From: Eledone cirrhosa
Lineage: Eukaryota
Length of the DNA stretch: 64,000 nucleotides
Assembly (NCBI GenBank): GCA_964016885.1
Contig: OZ024743.1
Coordinates: 353,524,001 to 353,588,000, forward strand
Direction: 5' to 3'
Shown: positions 44,760 to 57,788 of the stretch, one piece after another
Layout: each line of letters opens with the position of its first letter
Position numbering within the stretch: the first letter of the stretch is position 1
Program-made: the position numbers and the translations under genes
Notes under the pieces: generated by a model
The model's database searches: none
Seen by the model: the letters and a program-made list of their open reading frames with translations, nothing else
What the model was told of the DNA's origin: nothing

Positions 44760-44823
44760 TATTATATTTAGAGTCATTTACAATTAATTAGCTCAAAGAA
44801 AGAAGCATTTCTGAGCCGTGAAA

Positions 44824-45191
44824 TACAAGTTAATATAAATTAATATATGATAAACACCTAAGTGTTTGTATTGTAAAAGACGAAGTTAGCTAGAATGAAA
44901 TAAACTAATTCAAATAAATTATTTGAATTAGTTTATTTCATTCTAGCTAACTTCGTCTTTTACAATACAAACACTTAGGTGTTTATCATATATTAATTTA
45001 TGGCAGTATCGGTAGAGGGTCGGACGCCATGCTTTCCAGTATAGTTACGTCCCTTTACGATCTGAGTTCAAATCCCGCCGAGGTTGACTTTGCCTTTCAT
45101 CCTTACGGGGTCGATAAAATAAAGTACCAGTAATGCACTGGGTATTTGCTGGCCTTGTGCCTAACGTAGAAACAATTAATTTATATTAACT

Positions 45192-45195
<4 letters not shown>
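44824..45195. repeat. AT-rich palindrome interrupted by a SINE (45001-45174) with 9-bp TSD
   Basis: Palindrome centre at about 44918; TSD attaattta at 44992-45000 and 45175-45183. Confidence 0.8.
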
Positions 45196-45230
<35 letters not shown>

Positions 45231-45253
45231 TTCGTCTCTTAAGTATATCAAAG

Positions 45254-45492
45254 ACAAGACACTTTATTTCACATCATTGCACCAGTTCACTCAGCTGGCA
45301 AAAATGAGTTGTACCTGTAATTCGAAGGGCCAGCTTTGTCACATTGTGTGTCACGCCGAATCTCCCTGAGAACTACGTTAGGAGTACGCGTGTTTGCAGA
45401 ATGTTCAGCCACTTGCACGTTAATTTCACGAACAGGCTGTTTCGTTGATCGGATCAAGTGGAACGCTCGTCGTCGTAACCGACGGAGTGCCT
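45254..45492 (+). mobile_element. SINE-like repeat (family 4), 5'-truncated
   Basis: cagccacttgcacgttaatttcacg...accgacggag; related copies at about 55090-55280 (-) and 61040-61325 (+). Confidence 0.65.
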
Positions 45493-45565
45493 TCCATTCC
45501 ATTTCATATATCGGTTTCAACACACGATTTCAGATAAAGAATCTTGCTAAACAAATTCAGAAACG

Positions 45566-45600
<35 letters not shown>

Positions 45601-45603
<3 letters not shown>

Positions 45604-45772
45604 CACCGTATTTTTTTACTAAAGACATTTTGGCCTGATAATGGTGTTTAGAACCCTCAGATAAATGGAAAAAGATGAGTATTGAACGTCAATACTCACC
45701 CTTTTTCATTTATCTGAGGGTTCTTAACCCCATTATCAGGCTAAAATTTCTTTAGTCAAAAATACGGTGAAA
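45601..45772. repeat. 172-bp imperfect palindrome next to (TA)n
   Basis: tttcaccgtattttt ... aaaaatacggtgaaa with centre gagtattga-acg-tcaatactc. Confidence 0.8.
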
Positions 45773-45829
45773 GCTATTCTTTTTTCTAATTCCAAACCTG
45801 CTCACTGTTTCAAAACATACTTAATTGTC

Positions 45830-45925
<96 letters not shown>

Positions 45926-46235
45926 ACCAGTACGCACACACAGAAATACTGAGATGTGATCTGGGGTTTCTTTCAGTCATGACATTATCAAAGAGTGCCA
46001 TTCCTTCTGTTTTTATATCGAATTTCTTACACTTCTTTATCAGTTTCTTTGTTGTTATCAAGACATTGTATTTAAGTTTTCCCAGGCACTGTATGTGAAC
46101 TTTTGCAGGTCACATGATACAATCATTGGGTTATTCAGACACAGAAGGAACATACTTGAATATATCATGGTGGTTTTGTCAGTGATAGATATTTTCATAA
46201 TTTGTATTTGTCTTACTATAATAAATAATAATTAC

Positions 46236-47475
46236 TATGGCAAATGACAGAATCGGTAGAGCATCGGAAAAATACCTTATGTTATTTGTTTTAGTTCTTT
46301 ACGTTCTGAGTTTAAACCTCTCCGACGTTAATTTTGTTTTCAAACTTCTGGGCTCGTTATAGTAAGATACAAATCAAGTACTGGCGTTAATATAATTGAC
46401 TGTTCGGAGGATTGGCAGTATCAGTAGAAGGTCGGACGCCATGCTTTCCAGCATAGTTACGTCCCTTTACGGTCTGAGTTCAAATCCCGCCGAGGTTAAC
46501 TTTGCCTTTCATCCTTACGGGGTAGATAAAATAAAGTACCAGTAATGTACTGGGTAATTGCTGGCCTTGTGCCAAAAGTAGAAACAGTTAATATAAGTGA
46601 CTGTTCTTTCCCTACATATATCTGACATTGTGCCTGCACTATAAATTATTATTATTAATAGTGGTGGATTGGCAGTATCGGTGGTGCATCAGACACCATG
46701 TTTTTCAGCATAGAGTTATGGCCCTTTTCCTTTCACCTTTCCAGTACCAAATAAGTACCAGCTAAGTACCAGCTGGCCTTGTGCCAATGTTAGAAACAAT
46801 TATTATTATTATATTGCCGTAGAGAGTCGGACGTCATGCTTTGCAGCAAAGAGTTACGGCCCTTTATGGTCTGAGTTCAAATCCCGCAGAGGTTAACTTT
46901 GCCTTTCATCCTTACGGGGTCGATAAAATAAAGTACCAGTCACGCACTGGAGTCGATTTAATCGACTTTCCCCTCCCCCGAAATTGCTGGCCTTGTGCCT
47001 ATATAAGAAACCATTATCGGACGCCATGCTTTCCAGCATAGTGCCTAAAGTAGAAACAATTATTATATTGCAGTAGAGAGTCGGACGTCATGCTTTGCAG
47101 CAAAGAGTTACGGCCCTTTATGGTCTGAGTTCAAATCCCGCCGAGGTTAACTTTGCCTTTCATCCTTATGGGGTCGATAAAATAAAGTACCAGTAAAACC
47201 CTGGGATAATTGCTGGCCTTGTGCCAAAAGTAGAAACAATTATTATTATATTGCAGGTGGATTGGCAGAATCGTTAGGGAATCGAATACCATGCTTTGCA
47301 GCATAGAGCTATGGCCCTTTAGGTTATGAGTTCAAATCCCACCGAGGTTAACTTTGCCTTTCATCCTTACGGGGTCAATAAAATAAAGTATCTGTAATGC
47401 ACTGGAGTCGATTTAATCGACTTTCCCTCTCCCCTTCAAATTACTGGCCTTGTGCCTATCGTAGAAATAATTATT
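46236..47475 (+). mobile_element. Head-to-tail cluster of about six family 1 SINEs
   Basis: Copies begin at about 46236, 46408, 46660, 46818, 47072 and 47256. Confidence 0.85.
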
Positions 47476-48789
47476 AACATTATTGACTGTTGAGCTGATC
47501 AGATGTGTTTTCAAATCACTCTTCAAAGTGTTGAATTCGATCAAATTTAAACTGAATGATACAATAATCTTTTAAATATGTTTTCATAGAGTATATTAGC
47601 ACTTCGAATACTGTCTATATAAGGCCCAGACGAAAAATTGGAGCCTATCACTAAAAAATTTGTAATTTTCCTTATTTTTTTTTTTACATATATGCAGGAA
47701 ATGACGACATGGAGCTCTCACTAAAAATGTAAAAGTGTTCCCCTAGGATTTTAAACACGCAGAGAAACAGAAGCAAGAATATTTTGTAATAAATAAATTA
47801 TATTTTCGGAGGAGAAAATATTGGAATATGAGTGGAAAATAATACACTGAGTGGTTTGGCAAAAACAACAAAAGAACATTAAAAAATATTCACATACAAA
47901 CGCACACAAACATACAAGTACACACATACACACACACACTCATACACATGCACACAAACACACACGTAGACACACGCAAACACACAAGTACACACACACA
48001 AGCACGCGCACACACATATACACACACGCACACATGCACAAGCTTTCCCAAACGAAATTAACTGTTTCCCAATGAGAACAATTTGAGTGAAAGACCAGTT
48101 TCATGTTTTTGTTTTTTGCATGTATAACTCGTAACGAACAGACTAATGATATGAGAGTTTTAGAGGAAAGAAAATCTTATGGCAGCATTATGTTAGAAAA
48201 ATAACTGCTTTTTACTCGACGTCATCACAGGTGCGAAAGTAAAGGAAGTTAGCTGAACTTTACTTTTGTCCCTAATGAATAGCTGGAGACAGCCTTAACT
48301 AATACACAGTGTGATTTCTCTCAACGAGCGAGAGAGGGACTAGGGTACGATATCTGTGTTTTTTTTATATTAAAAGTTAGAAGAAGAATAGTACACTTTA
48401 TTTTATTCTTTTAATAGGAAATTGTTTCTGCAAGAAAATGAAACCCGTCTCTGATTTTACATATAATTCTATAAATGAGGGGAAACAAAAGGAAAGAAAG
48501 AATAGGTAAATATAGAAAAAAAAATATATAGAAAAAAGAGGAGAGAAAAAAAGAAGAAGAAAAAGATCGGGAAGGGGAGAGGATGGCAAGAGCTCCGGTG
48601 TCGCAGAAGAGAGGGGAGGGGTGAAGGGGAGGGTGATTGTGCTTTGGGCCTAGGGCAAGAGGGCAGAAGTGCTGCGCCTCGCTGACAAGACGGCAAAAGC
48701 GTTCCCCCGGACGATGGCCTGTCACACCCACTGCAACAGCCACCCAACCACGCAGAGCTCCCTCCTCAGACGGGCCACCGAGGCTCCGA

Positions 48790-51627
48790 GTTTGGTTGGT
48801 GGTGGTGCTGGTGGTTGGGTTGGTGGTGGTGGTGGTAGTGGTGGTGGTGGTGGGGTTGGTTGTGGTGGTGGTGGTGGTTGTGGTGGTGGAGGTGGTTGGG
48901 TTTGGTTTGTGGTGGTGGTTGGGTTGGTTGTGGTTGTGGTGGTGGTGGGGTTGGTTGTGGTGGTGGTGGTGGAAGTGGTGGTGGTGGTTGGGTTGGTTGT
49001 GGTGGTGGTGGTGGTGGTGGTGGTAGTGGGGGTTGTAGTTGTGGTGGTGGTGGTTGCGTTGGTGGTGGTTAGGTTGGTGGTGGTGGTGGTGGTGGTGGTG
49101 GTGGTTGGGTTGGTGGTGGTAGTGGTGGTGGTGGAAGTGGTGGTGGTGGTTGGGTTGGTGGTGGTAGTGGTGGTGGTGGTTGTGATGGTGTGTGGCTAGG
49201 CTGGTGGTGGTGGTTGGGTTGGTGGTGGTAGTGGCGATGGTGGTGGTGGTGATGATGGTGGTTAGGTTGGTGGTGGTGGTGGTGGTGGCGGACGTCATTA
49301 TCATGTCATCGTCTTGATAATGTTGATTACGACGATGATCATCATTTTACTATTCTTCTACCTCTGCCTTTACCTCTCCCCCCCCTCTTTCCTCCCCCTC
49401 TCCCCCTGTCTCCACCCATCATCACCACCGCATTAATTATGATCGTTGTTGTTGTTGTCGTCGTTCTCATTGTCACCATCATCATCACCATAATCATCGT
49501 CGCCATCGTTGAAGTCACTGTCATTGTCATCGTTGTCATCGTTGTCATCATCATCATCAACATGGTTTTCATCGAAGCAGTCTTTGTCGATAACCTAAAG
49601 TGTTATTAACGACAACAACAACAACACAAACAAACAATAGAAATAATCATCACAACTATCAAAACAAAATCATCATCATCATCACCACCATCACCATCAT
49701 CGCCATCACCACCATCATCACCATCATCATCACCATCAACATCATCATCATCATTATAATCATCATCATCATCATCATCATCATCACCATCATCATCATT
49801 ACCATCATCACCATCACCATCATCGCCATCACCACCATCACCATCATCGCCATCACCACCATCATCACCATCATCATCACCATCAACATCATCATCATCA
49901 TTATAATCATCATCATCATCATCATCATCATCACCATCATCATCATTACCATCATCACCATCACCATCATCGCCATCACCACCATCATCATCATCATCAC
50001 CATCATCATCATCACCATCATCATCATTACCACCATCGCTATCACCACCATCGCCATCACCACCATCATCACCACCATCATCACCATCAACATCATCATC
50101 ATCATTATAATCATCATCATCATTATGATGATGATGATGATCATCATCATGATCATCATCATCATCATTATGATCATCATCATCATCATCACTAACCACC
50201 ACAACAACAACAACAAAAATCGATGACGGCGATGACAACAGCAACAGCAACAGCAGCAGTAGTAACAACAATACTCACAATAACGTCACGAACAGCTGAC
50301 GTCATTGGACTGTCCCTTGAAATGGCGGGACCCTTAAAGTGTATGTCCCGAGGCAAAATCCAATGACATGATAATGACGTACACCACCACCATCATCATC
50401 TGCAACAGCAGCAGCAGCAGCACCAGCACCACCAGCACCACCACCACCACCACTACCAGCACCACCACTACCACCCCACCCCCACCAGCACCACCAGCAC
50501 CACTATCACCACCACCACTACCACCACCACCACCACCAGCACCACCAGCACCACCACCGCTACCACCACCACCAGCACCAGCACCACCACCACCAGTACC
50601 ACCACCACCACCACCACCTGTACAACCACCACCACCGCTACCACCACCACCACCACCACCACCACTACCAGCAGCAACACCACCACCACCTCCACCACCA
50701 CCGCTACCACCACCACCAGCACCTCCAGCACCACCACCACCTACTACCACCACCACCACCACCAGTACGACCACTACCCACCACCACCACCGCTACCACC
50801 ACCACCAGCACCACCACCACCAGCACCTCCATCACCACCACCACCACCACCACCACCACCACCACCACCAACACCTCCAGCACCACCACCACCACCCACC
50901 ACCACCACCCACCACCACCACCACCACCACCGCCACCAGCACCAGCACCACCACCATCACCACCACCATCAACAGCACCAGCACCACCAGCAGCACTAGC
51001 ACCTCCAGCACCACCGCCACCATCATCACCATCACCAGCACGACCAGCACGACCAGCACCACTACCACCACCACTACCACCACCACCTCCAGCACCACCA
51101 CCACCACCACCATCAGCATCACTCCACCCCACCACCACCACTACCAACCCCTAGTCACCTTCCCTACCCCCTCCAAACATCATACGTTACATTTCAGTTC
51201 CTCCACCCACTCCACAAACATTGTCATGTTACACGAATGACTGGTTTCGAATATGACTTGCACATTTCTGTGTCACACTCAGGGACAGAAATGGTGGTGG
51301 TGGTGGTGGTGGTAGTGGTGGTGGTGGTGGTGGTGGTGGTGGTGGTGGTGGTGGTGTTGGTGGTGGTGGTGGTGGTGGTGGTGGTGGTGGTGGTGGTGGT
51401 GGTAGTGGTGGTGGTGGTGGTGGTGGTGGTGGTGGTGGTAGTGGTGGTGGTGGTGATGGTGGTGTTGTTGTTGGTGGTGGTGGTGGTGGTGGTAGTGGTG
51501 GTGGTGGTGGTGGTGGTGGTGGTGGTGTTGGTGGTGGTGGTGGTAGTGGTGGTGGTAGTGGTGGTGGTGGTGGTGGTGTTGGTGGTGGTGGTGGTAGTGG
51601 TGGTGGTGGTGATGGTGGTGATAATGG

Positions 51628-51658
<31 letters not shown>

Positions 51659-54070
51659 AGTGGTGGTGGTGGTGGTGGTGGTGGTGGTGGTGGTGGTAGT
51701 GGTGGTGGTGGTGGTGGTGTTGGTGGTGGTGGTGGTAGTGGTGGTGGTGGTGGTGGTGGTGGTGGTGTTGGTGGTGGTGGTGGTAGTGGTGGTGGTAGTG
51801 GTGGTGGTGGTGGTGGTGTTGGTGGTGGTGGTGGTAGTGGTGGTGGTGGTGATGGTGGTGATAATGGTGTTGTTGTTGTTGGTGGTGGTGGTGGTGGTAG
51901 TGGTGGTGGTGGTGGTGGTGGTGGTGGTGGTGGTGGTAGTGGTGGTGGTGGTGGTGGTGTTGGTGGTGGTGGTGGTAGTGGTGGTGGTGGTGGTGGTGGT
52001 GGTGGTGTTGGTGGTGGTGGTGGTAGTGGTGGTGGTGGTGGTGGTAGTGGTGGTGGTGGTGATGGTGGTGATAATGGTGTTGTTGTTGGTGGTGGTGGTG
52101 GTGGTAGTGGTGGTGGTGGTGGTGGTGGTGGTGGTGGTGTTGGTGGTGGTGGTGGTAGTGGTGGTGGTGGTGGTGGTGTTGGTGGTGGTGGTGGTAGTGG
52201 TGGTGGTGGTGGTGATGGTGGTGATAATGGTGTTGTTGGTGGTGGTGGTGGTGGTGGTGGTAGTGGTGGTGGTGGTGGAGGTGGTGGTGGTGGTGATAAT
52301 GGTGGTGGTGGTGGTGGTGGTGGTGGTGTTGATGTGGCGGTGGTAGTGGCTGCTGAGAGTATGGGGGATGAAGGTATTGTTATTGTTATTAGTGGTGTTT
52401 GGGGGTGGGGGTAGTGATGATGTAGCGGGGTGGGGGTGGGGGTGGGGGTAGTGACTGCTAAGGGTATGGGAGGATGAGGGTGCGGGATATGATGATGTTG
52501 TTATTAGTGGTGTAGATGGGGTTGGTGGGGGTTGATGGTATAGGTGGGGTGAGGGTAGGTTGGTGGTGTTGGTGGGGATGGTGTTGATGTTAGTGGCGTT
52601 GGTGATGGTGTTCATGATGGCGGTGGTGGTGGTGATGGTTGGGGTTTGTGTTGGTGCTTGTGTTTGTGATGATGATGGTGTTGTTATTGTTATTAGTGGT
52701 GTTGGTAGGGTTGTTGAGGTTGATGCTGGTGGTGGTGTTGGTGGCGGTGTTTTTTTTTGGGAGGGTGGGAGAGGTTGTTGGTAGGGTTGTGGAGTTGGTG
52801 TGGATGGTGTTTATTTTAGTGGCGTTGGTGATGGTGTTCATAATGGTGGTGGTGGTGGTGGTGGTGGTAATCATGATGGTGGTGATGGTTGGGTTTTGTG
52901 TTGGTGCTTGTGTTTGTGATGATGATGGTATGAGGCACAACGATGCTATTGTTGTTTATCACAGTAACGCTGATGGTGGTGTTATACGTAGTGATTGTAT
53001 ACGTAGCGATTGCATTGTTGTGCTTGGTCGAAGCGAGGCTGGTGATGATGGTGAGGGTGTTACCAATGCTGTTGTTTAACCCCAAGTCTACCTAACAGAG
53101 CAGACCTATGATCAAAGACATTCCAGATGTGACCATCCTGTCTTCTTTCCTACGTCCAAGAGACTAAACACCACATTATCCAGCATGCCTCTTTTAAAGA
53201 TTTGGTAGGTTGTGATTTGAAGGCAATTTGGCTGTTATTTTTAGCACGTTGAGCAACCACATAGAAGCTCTCTTGTTCACTTCGTGTTTTTGTTGTTATT
53301 GTTGGGGCCGGGAAAAGGATCTTGGTTGTAGAGGTGGTGGTACTAGGGGTGTTATTGTTGTATTTTGTAAAGCTTTTGTAGATGGTGGTGAAGGTGACGA
53401 TGTTAATAGTTGTTTCTACTTTTGGCACAAGGCCAGCAATTACCAAGTACATTACTGGTACTTTATTTTATCGACCTCGTAAGGATGAAAGGCAAAGTTA
53501 ACCTCGACGGGATTTGAACTCAGACCGTAAAGGGACGTAACTATGCTGGAGTGACAGAAGTGATGACAGTGGTAATGAGGTTAAGATTGGTGGTGGTAGT
53601 GGTGGTGGTGGTGGTAATTGTGTTGGTTATATTCGCGATTGTTATAGTGGTGCTAAATATCAACAGTGGTGGTTGTGGTGGTGGTAGTTGATGGTCGTAG
53701 TGGTGGGGGGAGGGGTGTTGGTGGTGTGGTGCTGGTGGTTGATGATGGTGGTGGTGGTGGGGGGGGGGGTGATGTGGTGCTGGTGGTTGATAGTCGTGGT
53801 GGTGGTGGTGGTTGATGGTCATAGTGGTGGTGGGGGGAGGGGTGTTGGTGGTGTGGTGCTGGTGGTTGATGGTCGTGGTGGTGGTGGTGGATGGTCGTGG
53901 TTGTAGTGGGGGGGGGGGGTGTTGGTGGTGTGGTGCTGGTGGTTGATGGTGGTGGTGGTGGTGGTGGTGGTCGTGGTGGTTGATGGTCGTGGTGGTGGTG
54001 GTGGTGGTTGATGGTAGTAGTGGTAGTGGTGGTGGTGGTAGTGGTAGTGGTGGTGGTGGTGGTGGTGATG
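48790..54070. repeat. Domain of alternating (GGT)n, (ATC)n and (CCA)n trinucleotide arrays
   Basis: (GGT)n 48790-49290, (ATC)n 49670-50190, (CCA)n 50380-51145, (GGT)n 51291-52345 and 53590-54070; a SINE fragment lies at 53410-53548 (-). Confidence 0.92.
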
Positions 54071-55464
54071 GTGGCGACGCCATCCTCATTATCATCACAT
54101 CACATGACATGACCGCCATAACTATCCATGCCAACACTATCATGTCGCCGACGACCTCCTACAACTACGTCACGCCCCCTCCTCCCACTACAACGACCAT
54201 TATGATGATAATGATCATCATGATCATCTTTATCCCTTTTACGGCCATCATCACCATCATCCTCATCATTACACTTATCATCAACTTCACCCCACCACAG
54301 GAAATACCCCCCCCCCATCATCATCATCATCATCGCCGTCATTATGAAGATCATTCACGTTATTATCAATAGTATAATTACACACTTTTTGTTTCTTCTT
54401 CCTCCTCCCCGCCTCCTCCTCCCCCTCCTTCTCCTCCTCATGATCACCATTATTATCATCATCATCCTCATCAGTATCATCGCTATCGGTATCATCCTGA
54501 CCCCCCCCCTAACCCTAACCCCCCTCTTTCTCACCCCCTTCCCACCCTTCTCCTCCTTTCCCCCCTCCCCCCATTCTCCTTCTCCTCCTCCCCTCCTTCC
54601 CACCCTTCTCCCCGTTTTCTCCTCCTCCCCACCCTTCTCATCTTCACACCCTTCTTATCCCTTTCTCTTCCTCCTTCTTCCCTCCCCTCCCTCCCTCCTC
54701 TCTTCATCATCATCATCATCATCATGTCAATGTAGATTTTTGTGTGCCAGCTATCAATCTGTCTCCAGCCTCTCTGTCAACATCCCCGCCAGTCCGCCAC
54801 TCCACCAGTCCGCCAGTCCGCCACTCCACCAGTCCGCCAGTCCGCCAGTCCGACAGTCGGCTTATGTGTGTCTGTCTGTGAGTCTGTCAGGTGAGTCAGT
54901 TGTCAGTCTCACTCGAACCTTCCAGTCTACCGTGAACACATAATTAGCCTCGCTTCATGTGTCTGTGTCATCTCCCAGAATTTCAATGAGCTCAGCCCTC
55001 GGGCAACAATAACTTTGCCCTAAAACTCCCTGCCGCTAATAACTCACTTCTACTCCCACAAATCAATTCATCCAACCCATTTGGAGTAGACCTCCGTCGG
55101 TTTCAACGATGAATGTCTCAGTTTTTCGATCAAGGGAATAACTTGCTCGTGAAATTAACGTGTAAATGGCTACCACGTCACACTTCACAGACACGTGGAC
55201 CCTTAACGCAATTTGCAAAGAGATTCCGCAGGACATAATGTGTGGCAAGACTAGCCCTTTGAAATACAATTACAATCCATCTGAGAGTTTAGATGAGTTG
55301 ATAATACAAACATATACAGGCAAAGTATTATTTTATAATCTACGGTAGGATAGGTAAGAGACAGTTCAGAGTTTAATCCAATCGGTAAAGTTCAAATCAC
55401 TAGTCTTACAATTTCACAGAGCATAAAAGAATAAGGCTTAACAAGGATTTAAATTAAATCATTT

Positions 55465-55539
55465 AATTGATTAATGATCATCTCGTTAAAGTAACTGGAA
55501 TATTCCATTCCTGTTATAATAATCTCTTCAGAATCGATT
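55465..55539 (-). ncRNA. Degenerate type I hammerhead ribozyme
   Basis: Minus strand: AATCGATT-CTGAAGA-stem II-GAGA(mutant)-TGATCA-TT-AATCAATT. The inverted partner at about 56222-56290 retains GAAA-CGATCG. Confidence 0.5.
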
Positions 55540-55549
55540 AAATACAAAC

Positions 55550-55742
55550 AATTGTTTCTACTTTTAGCACAAGGCCAGCAATTATCCCAGTGCATTACTG
55601 GTGCTTTATTTTATCCATCCCGTAAGGATGAAAGGCAAAGTTAACCTTGGTGGGATTCGAACTCAGACCGTAAAGGGACGTAACTCTATTCTACAAAGCA
55701 TGGCGTCCGATCCGTAACACCGATACTGCCAATCCACCGCCC
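55550..55742 (-). mobile_element. SINE family 1
   Basis: Full head-core-tail match. Confidence 0.85.
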
Positions 55743-56502
55743 TTAAATACAATAATATTTACCTTTCATGTCCATAAAACCGAAAGGCAAATTATTACAA
55801 GTTCAGCATTCATGAGGATATATATAAAGGATATATATAATTTTTCTTCCTTGAGCTGTCAACTCCTGCTGATTGATAAAATGACAAGTCAGTCAATCAT
55901 ATTGGTGGCCTCCCCACAGCCCCGGCAGACAGAATAGAGAAGGCGTTTCCCCGGAGGACGGCAAGGGAGACGCGCTAGAAAAGCCACTCTAACTCGCGGG
56001 GCTCACACCTGCAGCTGGCCAGCTCAGCGCCTATGGTGGTGAGTAGGGAGGTAGCCCTAGGGCCGAGGACACCAGAAGTTTCCATTGCCAAGGGTACAAC
56101 TGCAAACCTGTCGGAGAACGACCGGTATTTGATAAAATACAAATAATATTTACCTTACACGCCCATAAAATTATCAAAGAAGTTCGAAAAGTATAAACAA
56201 TTGAAACACTGGTGGGAAAACGTTAAAGAGATTATTATAAAAGGAATGGAATATTCCAACTATTTTAACGAAACGATCGCTAATCAATTAAATGATTGTT
56301 AATCTTTATTATATATATGATATGTGATTACATGTTCAGTCCCCCACCACCAATCGCCGCTATGAAGGAATTTAACTATGTACACGACATCCCAGATCAT
56401 TGACCACTCCCCGTGGCAGACAAGAAAAACAACAAATTTTAAGGATTTTTTGCTTAGATATTTCTGCTTTTTTGTTTTGACTGCATGTCCATATATGGAC
56501 TT

Positions 56503-56598
56503 ACCCCTTGATAAGTTCAGCTAGATTCCCGCCGTTCTAATACTGGTGGGTTAGTTCGGATCTAGCTGTCGAAACGGCCGGAGCTCAGCCGTCGGGGT
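56503..56598 (+). ncRNA. Type I hammerhead ribozyme, U3-A8 variant (family A relative)
   Basis: ACCCC-TTGATAA-G(TT)CAGCTAGAT...ATCTAGCTG(T)C-GAAA-CGGC CGGAGCTCA GCCG-TC-GGGGT; stem II has compensatory changes relative to 33703-33796. Confidence 0.8.
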
Positions 56599-57003
56599 CC
56601 TGACTATTTTCCTATATATATATATACTAAATAAAGACTAAATAAAGATGGCGTAGACATGCAATGTAACGGGAGGAAACAATAGCACCACTGACGCTGT
56701 TGCAGATGTGCAACGAAAGAACTTTGATAAACTATATATATGCGTTTGTGTCTATATTGTATCTGTATTATTTTTGACCGTTGGTCAGTCAATGGCAACA
56801 TTGAGGACCGAATAAATTAGATTACCGATATAAAAGACACAGAAGCGAAAAGCGAAAACCAACCAAACAGTGAGTGTGTTCTGTTATTAATTCTGGCAAT
56901 ATTACACAAATATGACCCTCCCCAAGTATAACAATATTTGTTTTGACACACTATTTCATATAAAAAACCTCGCGAAACTAATTCATCGCCGTTATATATA
57001 TAT

Positions 57004-57186
57004 GTGGATTGACAGTATCGGTAGAGGGTCGGACGCCATGCTTTGACGCATAGAGTTACGGCCCTTGCCATTCTGAGTTCAAATCCCGCCGAGGTTAACT
57101 TTGCCTTTCATCCTTATGGGGTCGATAAAATAAAGTACCAGTAATACACTGGGTAATTGCTGGCCTTGTGCCAAAAGTAGAAACAG

Positions 57187-57188
<2 letters not shown>
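57004..57188 (+). mobile_element. SINE family 1
   Basis: Same cttgccattctgag subfamily as the 26.8-kb and 44.4-kb copies. Confidence 0.85.
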
Positions 57189-57230
<42 letters not shown>

Positions 57231-57238
<8 letters not shown>

Positions 57239-57573
57239 ATACTTTGGGAGGGTCATGTTGCCAATAAGAAACACACGCACCAGTTGATTTCACTCCAATT
57301 TATTATAAAATAATGAAGAGGTCACAGAATGTGTGACGAAAGAACTTTGACAATATATGAACAACCGTCCGGTGGTGGAACCAACCAACCAACCGGAAAT
57401 TTATAAATTTTTTTAGAAAAAATTTTTTTTTTAAATTTATAATAAATTGGAGTGAAAGCAACTGGTGTGTGTGTTGTGTTTCTTATTGACAACAACACCC
57501 TCCCAAAGTATAACAATATCGGTTTCAACACACGTTTTCAGATAAAGAATCTTGCTAAACAAATTCAGAAACG
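57231..57573. mobile_element. (TA)n-embedded element with inverted arms (family C)
   Basis: 57231-57308 is inverted at 57435-57519; ends of the family recur at 16905-16990, 45508-45568 and 62493-62626. Confidence 0.7.
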
Positions 57574-57658
57574 ATATATATATATATATACGTATATATA
57601 TATATATTGCAAGGTTTTTGATATGAAATCGTGTGTTGAAACAAATAATTATTATTTC

Positions 57659-57788
57659 TGGAATTTATGCAAGCAGATAGAAAACAAGTCAGTGCGTCTA
57701 TTTATTATAGAATCTAAATTAGAAATAATTTAGATTCTATAATAAATAGACGCACTGACTTGTTTTCTATCTGCTTGCATAAATTCCA
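57659..57788. repeat. Perfect 62-bp-arm palindrome
   Basis: tggaatttatgc...tctaaatt / agaaat / aatttaga...gcataaattcca. Confidence 0.9.

Noticed and set aside
48580-48790. GC-rich island (and a similar one at 55905-56125) as a possible exon
   Set aside because: No convincing splice sites or recognisable domain; more likely unclassified TE fragments.
50368-52615. Poly-Pro/Thr/Val ORFs resembling formin, extensin or mucin
   Set aside because: Open in several frames on both strands, pure trinucleotide repeats, no domain or splice evidence.
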